A DNA stretch of 40,000 nucleotides from an uncultured Ignavibacteria bacterium. GTDB taxonomy: Bacteria; Bacteroidota; Ignavibacteria; Ignavibacteriales; Ignavibacteriaceae. The translations under genes were made by a program, and so were the position numbers. The stretch covers positions 56,862-96,861 of the forward strand of contig CAWCVZ010000004.1 in assembly GCA_963798865.1 (NCBI GenBank), given 5' to 3'. The number at the start of each line of letters is the position of its first letter. The stretch's first letter is position 1. Of this stretch, positions 9,214-17,344 are shown piece by piece. Below the pieces are notes generated by a model that saw only the letters and a program-made list of their open reading frames with translations, ran no database searches and was not told the DNA's origin.

Positions 9214-9312
9214 CTGAATTTAGTGTTTCTTCAATATGTTTGTTTCATTTTACCATTACTTAATTTTCATAGGATTACTTTCATCTCAATAATAATTATT
9301 TGAGAACTAAGC

Positions 9313-9537
9313 TTATAACGGCGTTGCGCCTAACCCGCCGCCCATAACAAGGAAGCCGAGTAAAACACAACTGATAAATATTTGACAAACTGCACTTAAC
9401 TTGCTTCAGCAAGTGCAGTTGTAAGTTAATTAATTAAGAACGAACACTTAGAACAAAATGCCTAACAAAAACAAAACGCCAAAAATTATAAATCCGCCGA
9501 ACTAAAACGGCGGTCGGTGTTGAGGCGCAGGTTATAC
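9313..9537 (-). other. attC site
   Basis: ttataac at 9313-9319 and gttatac at 9531-9537. Over most of its length it is a close sequence relative of the site at 11465..11688. Confidence 0.8.
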
Positions 9538-9549
9538 ATCATTTTTAGA

Positions 9550-10236
9550 TTATTGTATCTTTTCAATATCATTTAGTCTTGCGATAAATTTTATATCAGA
9601 GATATTCCATTTCGCTTTAAGTTCATAATAAATATCTTCATTTAAATATTTCATCAAGATAATCAGAGTCCCATATCCAGACCTCCTTACTTACACAAAT
9701 AACCAATTCTAAAAGGCTTCGATGAACTAAACTAATCTGATATTCGACCTTACTCTTTGAGATTTTTTGCGGGTTGTTTATTCTGCCTTTCATATCAATT
9801 TTATTCTTAAAACGCTTAAGACCAACATACAATGAGTTTTGTTTTTTTTGTTCAAGAATTCCATCCAACATTTCTTTGAGATATTTGTTTCTGGGCTTGA
9901 ATTCAGAATCAAAAATTCTGACAAAGTGAGATTGTTTTTGCAAATGATTATAAATTATTTTTTTAAAATATACCGTTCTTCAATATTGTTACCAAATATT
10001 TTTATCATTTCTGGGTCTTTGTAAGAATTGTATCTACCATCCACTCTCGAGTGAAATAAGAAATCAGCTAAAAGAAATATTTTCCCTAATTCCTCTAATG
10101 AAATAATAGATAAATAATTTGCCGAGGAATATGAATCGTTATTAAAAAGTAATATTGAATCTAAATGTAGCTTAGTGGCATTCTGGAATGATAGTAATGC
10201 CATTTTATCAATTTTATTAAGATTTACTGCATCCAT
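9550..10236 (-). CDS. AbiV-like abortive-infection protein (two compensating frame changes)
   Basis: The N-terminal segment ...NATKLHLDSILLFNNDSYSSANYLSIISLEELGKIFLL matches the AbiV pattern (x-A-x-x-L-x-I-x-A-x-EE-x-GK). The middle segment (9638..9943) reads IYNHLQKQSHF...NSLYVGL. The tail YLNEDIYYELKAKWNISDIKFIARLNDIEKIQ returns to the first frame and stops 13 nt from the attC box. The total span is 687 nt, a multiple of three. The first break lies in an A-run at about 9950. Confidence 0.6.
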
Positions 10237-10255
10237 AATTTTAGTTACTTTAGCT

Positions 10256-10444
10256 GTATAACAACGTTGCGGCTAAGGCGCAGCCCAGAACAACAATGCC
10301 GAATTAATTAATAAATTTTATAATTAAAAAAATACATTCATAACACAACAACGTTGAACAAGAAACTAAACACGGAAAGACAAACCCAAAAACCCAAAAA
10401 ATGCCAAGAGCGAAATCGCTGTCGCCTTGAGCCGCGGGTTAGGC
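10256..10444 (-). other. attC site (short variant lacking the inner hairpin)
   Basis: gtataac at 10256-10262 and gttaggc at 10438-10444. Arms aacaacgttgcggctaaggcgcagccc and gctgtcgccttgagccgcgggtt. Confidence 0.75.
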
Positions 10445-10458
10445 TACAAATGCTTTTA

Positions 10459-11108
10459 TTAAAAAGCATACCCAATACCAGCTAAAATCTGTACTGTAAA
10501 GTATTCTTGGTGATAATCATCTAAATTTCTAATTCCTTTATCAAACCAAATTGAATGAGTATATCTAAATTTTAACTTAGAAGTAAAGAAGAAATATTTT
10601 TTACTTCTATTTATTGGTACATAAAGTTCTGCATAAACCATTTATTCCTAATCCGGAAGATGCTAAGTTTATCATAAAGTACAGTATCTACTTCAAGTAT
10701 TCTATTTACAATTATAAATGATGGACCAATTCCATAAGAAAGATATTTATTAATTTTAGCTGTATAATTCAAATCAAAATTATGGTTAATTAGCTTTATA
10801 TTACCCGAATATGGTGGCGGTGCTGGAAATGGACTGGGTTCATATCTAATAAATTCTATAATATTTTTCTTTGTAATTTGTTGGTAACTATATTCAAATA
10901 ATATATTGAAACCAAATAGACTATCTCTTTGATAACTAAAATCATACAAAACAAAAGATTGAAATTTTTTATCTCCCATTATTTTTGTTGAATTTTCAGA
11001 ATTACTCAAATAATAACCATAGCCAACATTTAGACTAATTCTATTTTGTGAATTGATTATCGAAGTACTAAATAAAAAAACTATTGAGAATATAAATATT
11101 CTTACCAT
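10459..11108 (-). CDS. Outer-membrane beta-barrel-like protein (at least one frameshift near 10625-10650)
   Basis: Signal peptide, alternating aromatic/polar strands and the C-terminal ...ILAGIGYAF with a terminal Phe. It is split between ORFs 10611..11108 and 10459..10641. Confidence 0.5.
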
Positions 11109-11424
11109 TACTTCACCAATAATATATTCTTAGTGGTTTTTGAATAATACGTGCTATTTACACCTTTTAATTCAACAGTATAAAAGTAAACTCCTTCCGG
11201 TAAGTTAGAAGCATCAAAATTAATTTCATAAGCTCCGGCATCCTGTTCTTTATCAACTGGAGTTAAAATTGATCTGTATTATAACTATTTTCAATTGTTA
11301 ATTTTACCATTGATATTTCTGGTACTGAATACCTTATAATAGTGGAAGGGTCATCAAGTATAGATGATTTACAGCCAAATAATATTATGACTAATACTAA
11401 TGTTGTTAAAGATAATAATTTCAT
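11108..11424 (-). CDS. Small lipoprotein consisting of a signal/lipobox plus a T9SS-type C-terminal sorting domain (one frameshift near 11275-11285)
   Basis: Hand translation gives MKLLSLTTLVLVIILFGCKSS...VKLTIENSYN. After a one-nt shift it continues ...DKEQDAGAYEINFDASNLPEGVYFYTVELKGVNSTYYSKTTKNILLVK, the Por-secretion-tail pattern. Its TAA overlaps the ATG of the downstream OMP gene (TAATG). Confidence 0.5.
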
Positions 11425-11464
11425 AAATCCTTCTCTTATATTGTCTAATATCTTTTACCTTGTA

Positions 11465-11688
11465 GCCTAACGACGTTGCGCCTAACCCGCCGCCCATAAC
11501 AAGGAAGCTGAGTAAAGCACAAATGCCAAATGATTAACAAACTGCACTTAACTTGCATCAGCAAGTGCAGTTTGTAAGTTAATTAATTAGAACGAACACC
11601 TTGAACAAAATTTATAACTAAAACATAATATCAAAAATCACAAATCGGCCGAATCAAAATGGCGGTCGGGTTGAGGTGCTGGTTAGGC
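11465..11688 (-). other. attC site
   Basis: gcctaac at 11465-11471 and gttaggc at 11682-11688. Inner hairpin caaactgcacttaacttgc...gcaagtgcagtttg. Confidence 0.8.
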
Positions 11689-11704
11689 AATAAAAAACTT
11701 ATAA

Positions 11705-12811
11705 CTACTTTACTAAAATGGATGATACATATCCAACAATACCCGAATTCAGACTGTACAAATTTGAACCATCCCATTTAAAGATTCCATTTACAGTTTT
11801 ACCATTAACTAATTTGAAATTTCCACCTACGTATAAATAATTATCTGATGAACATAATGCATAGGGAGAGCCATCAAATGAAAATAAATTATATTTCCAA
11901 TTCGTCCCATCCCATACTGCATAATAAGGTAGATCGTTTTGTGAATTCGAATCACTTTCTCCAGCAAAATGGATTTCATTTTTAAATTTAAAGGAGGAAT
12001 ATGTTCTGTTAGATAGAGTTGAGTTTTGAATTAACTGCCAAGCACTTGTATTCCATTTTGCAATATTGACAACTGAAATAGAATCACACTTATTAAAATT
12101 ACCCGAAGCATAAAGCTCATTATTAAAGGTAGTAATATTATGTACCCAGCCACCACCTGAGATATCTAAAGATATTCCAGTACTAACGGAATCCCAATTA
12201 TTGCCGTTCCATCTGGCTATTTTATTAGCACTAAAATTTCCTAAAGTATTTTTTGTGAACCACCCACCTACATAAAGTTCATTATTAAATGTTGCCAAAG
12301 CATACACCTCATCAGAAAGACCTTCTCCAACATTGGACCAAGTTGTTCCATTCCATTTAGCAATATTATCTGTTTGAATTCCACCAGCATTCGAAAACCA
12401 ACCTCCAACATAAAGTTCTCCTTCAAAGACCATTAAACTAGTAACTCTTCCATTAATACCGTTTCCAACTGATGACCAATTATTCCCATCCCATCGTGCA
12501 ATATTTTGTACTGGTATACCTCCAGCTGAGTCTATGAAACCACCAACGTATAATTCGCCGTTATAATAACACAAACTTTCAATATTAACATTTGAACCAG
12601 AAACTCCTAAACCAAGAGCATTCCAATTTTCACCATCCCAAAAAGCAAGATTCTTGATTGATGAATTTCCTGTAATTGTAAAGCTTCCACCAATAAAAAT
12701 TGAATCTGCAGGTAAATCATTATCTCCATCTGGTATATCGGTTGGGGTTTCGGACTTACATCCATATAAAACCATCATTAAAAAGAAAAATAATGCCATT
12801 AAATTTTTCAT
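11705..12811 (-). CDS. Beta-propeller repeat lipoprotein (cassette-borne)
   Basis: 368-aa ORF with the lipobox LYGC. It has about seven repeats of the form IA(R/K)W(D/N)G.NW..(V/L)G.G....V..L..F.(N/G)ELYVGG.F. Confidence 0.75.
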   Translation of the reverse strand: MKNLMALFFFLMMVLYGCKSETPTDIPDGDNDLPADSIFIGGSFTITGNSSIKNLAFWDGENWNALGLGVSGSNVNIESLCYYNGELYVGGFIDSAGGIPVQNIARWDGNNWSSVGNGINGRVTSLMVFEGELYVGGWFSNAGGIQTDNIAKWNGTTWSNVGEGLSDEVYALATFNNELYVGGWFTKNTLGNFSANKIARWNGNNWDSVSTGISLDISGGGWVHNITTFNNELYASGNFNKCDSISVVNIAKWNTSAWQLIQNSTLSNRTYSSFKFKNEIHFAGESDSNSQNDLPYYAVWDGTNWKYNLFSFDGSPYALCSSDNYLYVGGNFKLVNGKTVNGIFKWDGSNLYSLNSGIVGYVSSILVK

Positions 12812-12821
12812 ACTATTTATT

Positions 12822-13011
12822 GCCTAACGGCGTTGCAACTAAGCCGCAGCCCAGAATAAGACTGCCGAATAGAAGTACAATGCCGATGATTTTAAAAAAT
12901 TTTGTTTAGCAAGAACACCTTGAACAAGTTATTAGAACGAAGGCACAAAACTATATAATTTACAAATTAGCCGACGGAAATATCGCTGTCGGGTTGAGTT
13001 GCTGGTTAGGC
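12822..13011 (-). other. attC site (short variant)
   Basis: gcctaac at 12822-12828 and gttaggc at 13005-13011. It lies 10 nt upstream of the propeller-gene ATG and 12 nt after the stop at 13023. Confidence 0.8.
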
Positions 13012-13022
13012 AATTTTTTATT

Positions 13023-13439
13023 TTAGTGACTCGTCCTAAAACTATCTTTACTTATTACTTCTCCATTGCTAATATCAATGAAATAAAATGAACCCTTGTT
13101 ATCATCAATATAACCAGTTACAACCCAAACTATTTTTACGCCATCTTTATCTCTTGCAGTTGATAATTCAGCAATTATTTTCTCCTTTTTGCCAAGAGTG
13201 ATTCCATTTGATTTAGCAATTGAAATAGCTTCAAGAGAATCAATGTCAAAAGTACAATTTGAAGAATTTGAAATACAATTTGGTATCCATTCAGGGAAAT
13301 GATCTTCTATTATATTTCCTAAACTATCAAGGTACCAAATCCTTGTTATTCGTTGCCAAGGTTTTTCTGGAATAACGAAATCATAATAAATATTATAATG
13401 TAAGAAAGCTCGGAAATATTGATAATTTGTTTTATTCAT
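13023..13439 (-). CDS. Hypothetical protein with a PepSY-like C-terminal region (first cassette, distal ORF)
   Basis: 138-aa ORF. The C-terminus SLEAISIAKSNGI...VKIVWVVTGY...FYFIDISNGEVIS resembles the PepSY fold pattern. It overlaps the upstream ORF by 8 nt (ATGAATAA), which could be coupling or a frameshifted single gene. Confidence 0.5.
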   Translation of the reverse strand: MNKTNYQYFRAFLHYNIYYDFVIPEKPWQRITRIWYLDSLGNIIEDHFPEWIPNCISNSSNCTFDIDSLEAISIAKSNGITLGKKEKIIAELSTARDKDGVKIVWVVTGYIDDNKGSFYFIDISNGEVISKDSFRTSH

Positions 13440-13677
13440 ATTGTAAGTAATCTGGATTGCCAGGGTATAGTCCAGATTTTAGAGAGTCAAATAAAAAATA
13501 TTCTTTATAAATTTTTTCCCCAGTTTTCGATATAAAAACAGAATCTATTAATATTTTAATTGACAGAGGAACAGTAGCTATTCGAATGTCATCACTCTCT
13601 TTACGATTTATTGTAATAGTTTGTGCTTGATTGTTCAATGCTAAAATCAATATTATTAGAATTAGATAATTGTACAT
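13432..13677 (-). CDS. Small secreted protein (first cassette, attI-proximal ORF)
   Basis: 81-aa ORF with an N-terminal signal peptide (YLILIILILALNNQAQT). Its ATG lies 11 nt downstream of the attI GTTAGGC box. Confidence 0.55.
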   Translation of the reverse strand: MYNYLILIILILALNNQAQTITINRKESDDIRIATVPLSIKILIDSVFISKTGEKIYKEYFLFDSLKSGLYPGNPDYLQYE

Positions 13678-13687
13678 TTTTTTAATT

Positions 13688-13845
13688 GCCTAACTAATAC
13701 TTAACCGGAATCGCTTATCACTTATTTTCTGCAATCCCGTTTTTGCTTATCCTAATATCATTAAAATATTATGCTTTTCCAACTAATTGTAACTTTTAAT
13801 TTTATATTAGGATAATCCTTATCTCAATATTATATTTACACCATT
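13688..13845 (-). promoter_or_regulatory. attI region and divergent intI/cassette promoter region
   Basis: gcctaac at 13688-13694 (GTTAGGC on the cassette strand) marks the junction with the first cassette. The remaining 150 bp of AT-rich intergenic DNA up to the intI GTG include the palindrome aggataatcct at 13809-13819. Promoter elements were not mapped. Confidence 0.5.
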
Positions 13846-14814
13846 GTGGAAATTAAGACTAAACCAAAATTACTAACCCAGGTTAGTATTTACCTTCGCA
13901 CCCTGCATTACAGCAAGCGTACCGAGGAATCCTATATAAACTGGATTAAAAGATTTATCATCTTTCACAAAAAAACACATCCCCAAAATCTTGGTAAGGA
14001 TGACATCCGTAAATACCTCAATCACCTTGCTGTCGATCGCAATGTTTCCGCCTCTACACAAAACCAGGCTCTTCAGGCAATACTCTTTCTTTATAAAAAT
14101 ATAATTCATAAAGATGTCGGCTGGATAGATGACATTAAACGACCGCAAAAACCAAAACACATTCCTGTTGTATTTACCAAAACAGAAGCTCATACAGTAA
14201 TTCAGTTAATGGATGGACTACCGAAATTAATTGCAAGCCTTTTATACGGTTCCGGTCTCCGGCTTTCCGAAGCACTGCGCCTCCGTGTTAAAGATATTGA
14301 TTTTGAATATCATCTCATTATTGTAAAGGATGGCAAAGGTGAAAAAGACAGAACAACACTCCTTCCAAAATCCCTGGTTCCCCATCTTCTTGAACAGATT
14401 GAAAAAAGAAGAATACTTCATAACCATGATCTTAAAACCGGGCTTGGTGAAACCTGGCTTCCGTATGCCCTCTCACTAAAATATCCTAATGCCTCTAAAG
14501 AATTCGGCTGGCAGTATCTCTTCCCTGCTGAAAGAATTATTCCCGATCCCGCAAACAAAAAGATCCGTCATCACTTTCACGAATCTACCGTTACCAAGGC
14601 AATCAAATCGGCAATAAAAAAAGCGAACATAGAAAAACCTACAGCCAGTGCACATACTTTCCGCCATAGCTTTGCAACCCATCTCCTACAGAATAATTAC
14701 GATATAAGAACTGTACAGGAACTGCTCGGACACAAAGACGTTCGCGTTACAATGATCTACACACATATAATAAAAAACCTTGGTATGGGAGTTAAAAGCC
14801 CGCTGGATTTCTGA
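13846..14814 (+). CDS. intI: Integron integrase (IntI-type tyrosine recombinase), GTG start
   Basis: 322-aa ORF with the tyrosine-recombinase residues (GLRLSEALRLRVKDID, KGEKDR, HTFRHSFATHLL, LGHKDVRVTMIYTH). It also has the IntI-specific insertion LPYALSLKYPNASKEFGWQYLFPA. It is divergent from the attC array. Confidence 0.95.
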   Translation: MEIKTKPKLLTQVSIYLRTLHYSKRTEESYINWIKRFIIFHKKTHPQNLGKDDIRKYLNHLAVDRNVSASTQNQALQAILFLYKNIIHKDVGWIDDIKRPQKPKHIPVVFTKTEAHTVIQLMDGLPKLIASLLYGSGLRLSEALRLRVKDIDFEYHLIIVKDGKGEKDRTTLLPKSLVPHLLEQIEKRRILHNHDLKTGLGETWLPYALSLKYPNASKEFGWQYLFPAERIIPDPANKKIRHHFHESTVTKAIKSAIKKANIEKPTASAHTFRHSFATHLLQNNYDIRTVQELLGHKDVRVTMIYTHIIKNLGMGVKSPLDF

Positions 14815-15179
14815 TTGCTCAAACACAGCTTCGCCGCATAAGCCACAAATAGAAAATAAATATCCCTTTAAAGCCATTTAAACTTTAATATACACCCGTA
14901 TAAAGATTTAAGAAATTAATATCGGATAATTGATAAAACCCAATGTCGGAATGAAAACCCATAGGATCCCCGCATCATAATAATATTTTATTTTTTACTC
15001 AGTTCCTTAAAAAACTTAATAATAATTTAAAATACCTTATCGTAAGAAGCAATAAAAAAATAAATCTGATTTTTTGATATAAGTAAATAATTGATAAATA
15101 TTAAATATCCCTGTACCCCGCACATATCATATTGTTATAGTAGTTGAAGGATAATCCTAACACAGAATAAAATAAAAGT

Positions 15180-15568
15180 CATTCTGATTTACCTGCCCTG
15201 CGGCAGGACGAAGCGAAGAATCTAAAACAACAAAATTAACCAGGCTCCTTTACTGAACTCCAATAAATTTCTTCAAAAAATTTATTCTGCACATTAAAAG
15301 AATTACGCAAGAAATTAAGATAAGCGGAGTGTTAAAAGATAAATTCTGTTTGAGTCCCGTTTTACGGGACGAGTTAATTTATCTTAACAAAGCTTATCGA
15401 AAATTTCCGGTAATTCTTTTAAAGTGCATGTTCTTTCCTGCCTGCCGGTTTACATACCAAAGGTATGCAGGCAGGTGATACTTTTCTTGCGCCAGGAAAA
15501 GTATGAATTGATTGTTTTGGCAATTTATTTTAAGCCTTGCCTGTAAACCTTGTCTGACATTACACTAT
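15180..15568. repeat. Repeat unit U1 (389 bp)
   Basis: Canonical unit, with an extra GC-rich hairpin (cctgccctgcggcagg) inserted in the boundary motif cattctga...gaagaatc. Confidence 0.85.
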
Positions 15569-15936
15569 CATTCTGAGCAATGCAAAGAATCTAAAACAAA
15601 AAAATTAACCCGCTCCTCAACTGAACTCCAATAAATTTCTTCAAAAAATCTATTCTGCACATTAAAAGAATTACGCAAGAAATTAAGATAAGCGGAGTGT
15701 TAAAAGATAAATTCTGTTTGAGTCCCGTTTTACGGGACGAGTTAATTTATCTTAACAAAGCTTATCGAAAATTTCCAGTAATTCTTTTAAAGTGCATGTT
15801 CTTTCCTGCCTGCCGGTTTACATACCAAAGGTATGCAGGCAGGTGATACTTTTCTTGCGCCAGGAAAAGTATGAATTGATTGTTTTGGCAATTTATTTTA
15901 AGCTTTGCCTGTAAACCTTGTCTGACATTACACCAT
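15569..15936. repeat. Repeat unit U2 (368 bp, canonical)
   Basis: By eye it is near-identical to U5, and to U1, U6 and U7 outside their indels. Confidence 0.9.
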
Positions 15937-16284
15937 CATTCTGAGCAATGCGAAGAATCTAAAACAAAATCTATTGTGGGGTTTACCCAAGGCAATCCCC
16001 TTTTCAACTCCTGTACAAAGCAGCTACAACTCCGTAAAACAACTCCGTAACAAAGCGTAACAAAGCCGAGTGTTAAAAGATAAAGCCGCTACAAAGCCCG
16101 TCTTAGAAATATTAAGAGTCAAAACAATGAGTCCACATTTCCTATGACTTATTGACAGAAATAATTCTGTTTCCGCTCTGCTTCCGGTTTGTTTCCGTAT
16201 TGTTCTCCGCTAAGCAATTCATGGCAATTGATTCTTTTCACAAATTATTTTAAAATTTCCTGTAAAACTGTTTACATACACCGT
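15937..16284. repeat. Repeat unit U3 (348 bp, strongly diverged)
   Basis: It shares the boundary motif and only scattered blocks (gagtgttaaaagataaa, aattctgttt, ccggttt, aattgattcttttcacaaattatttta, cctgtaaaac). All three hairpins are lost. Confidence 0.7.
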
Positions 16285-16644
16285 CTTTCTGAACCGTGCT
16301 AAGAATCTGGAACAGAGATTAAAATTACAGACAGCAATTGCTTCAAAAAATCTATTCGCACATTAAAAGAATTACAGAAAGAAATTGAGATAAGTGGAGA
16401 GTTAAAAGATAAATTCTGTTTGAGTCCCATTTTACGAGGACGAGTTAATTTATCCTAACAAAGCTTATCGAAAATTTCCGGTAATTCTTTTAAAGTGCAT
16501 AGTCTCTTCCTGCCTGCCGGTTTACATACCAGAAGGTATGCAGCGCAGATGATACTTTTCTATGCGCCAGGGAAAAGTATGAATTGATTGCTTTAGTAAA
16601 TTTATTAATGCCTTGCCTGTCAACCTTGTCTGACATTACACCAT
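16285..16644. repeat. Repeat unit U4 (360 bp, moderately diverged)
   Basis: Colinear with the canonical unit. The H1 inner stem and the H2 outer stem carry non-compensated changes (gtccca...cgaggac; cagcgcag). H3 is retained. Confidence 0.85.
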
Positions 16645-17013
16645 CATTCTGAGCAAAGCGAAAAATCTAAAACAAAAAAATTAACCCGCTCCTCAACTGA
16701 ACTCCAATAAATTTCTTCAAAAAATCTATTCTGCACATTAAAAGAATTACGCAAGAAATTAAGATAAGCGGAGTGTTAAAAGATAAATTCTGTTTGAGTC
16801 CCGTTTTACGGGACGAGTTAATTTATCTTAACAAAGCTTATCGAAAATTTCCGGTAATTCTTTTCAAAGTGCATGTTCTTTCCTGCCTGCCGGTTTACAT
16901 ACCAAAGGTATGCAGGCAGGTGATACTTTTCTTGCGTCAGGAAAAGTATGAATTGATTGTTTTGGCAATTTATTTTAAGCTTTGCCTGTAAACCTTGTCT
17001 GACATTACACTAT
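16645..17013. repeat. Repeat unit U5 (369 bp, canonical)
   Basis: A one-nt insertion (cttttcaaag) is the only reason ORF 16773..16991 opens in this unit. Confidence 0.9.
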
Positions 17014-17344
17014 CATTCTGAGCAAAGCGAAGAATCTAAAACAAAAAAATTAACCCGCTCCTCAACTGAACTCCAATAAATTTCTTCAAAAAATCTATTC
17101 TGCACATTAAAAGAATTACGCAAGAAATTAAGATAAGCGGAGTGTTAAAAGATAAATTCTGTTTGAGTCCCGTTTTACGGGACGAGTTAATTTATCTTAA
17201 CAAAGCTTATCGAAAATTTCCAGTAATTCTTTTAAAGTGCATGTTCTGTTTGATACTTTTCTTGCGCCAAGAAAAGTATGAATTGATTGTTTTAGCAAAT
17301 TTATTTTAAGCTTTGCCTGTAAACCTTGTCTGACATTACACTAT
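17014..17344. repeat. Repeat unit U6 (331 bp, precise loss of hairpin H2)
   Basis: It reads ...gtgcatgttctgtttgatacttttc..., so the cctgcctgcc...caggcagg module is absent while H1 and H3 remain intact. Confidence 0.85.

Noticed and set aside
12700-12909. ORF 12700..12909 (+), and 3248..3436 (+)
   Set aside because: The first overlaps the propeller gene start and an attC arm. The second lies in cassette 3' non-coding DNA and overlaps the membrane-protein gene. Neither has supporting features.
13023-13677. Merging the two ORFs of the first cassette into one frameshifted gene
   Set aside because: The 8-nt ATGAATAA overlap is a normal coupled stop/start arrangement and no motif spans the junction. 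I kept them as two CDS but flagged the ambiguity.
15699-15756. Hairpin H1 of the repeat units as a miniature attC site
   Set aside because: It does have a bulged stem. However, its conserved triplets are arranged 5'-GTTAA...TTAAC-3', the opposite polarity to attC (5'-RYYYAAC...GTTRRRY-3'). It also shares none of the arm sequences of the ten attC sites in this window.
16773-16991. ORFs inside the repeat array (16773..16991 and 17551..17736)
   Set aside because: The frame is open only in single units because of unit-specific 1-nt indels or replaced segments. The equivalent positions in sister units contain stops, so no protein is conserved.
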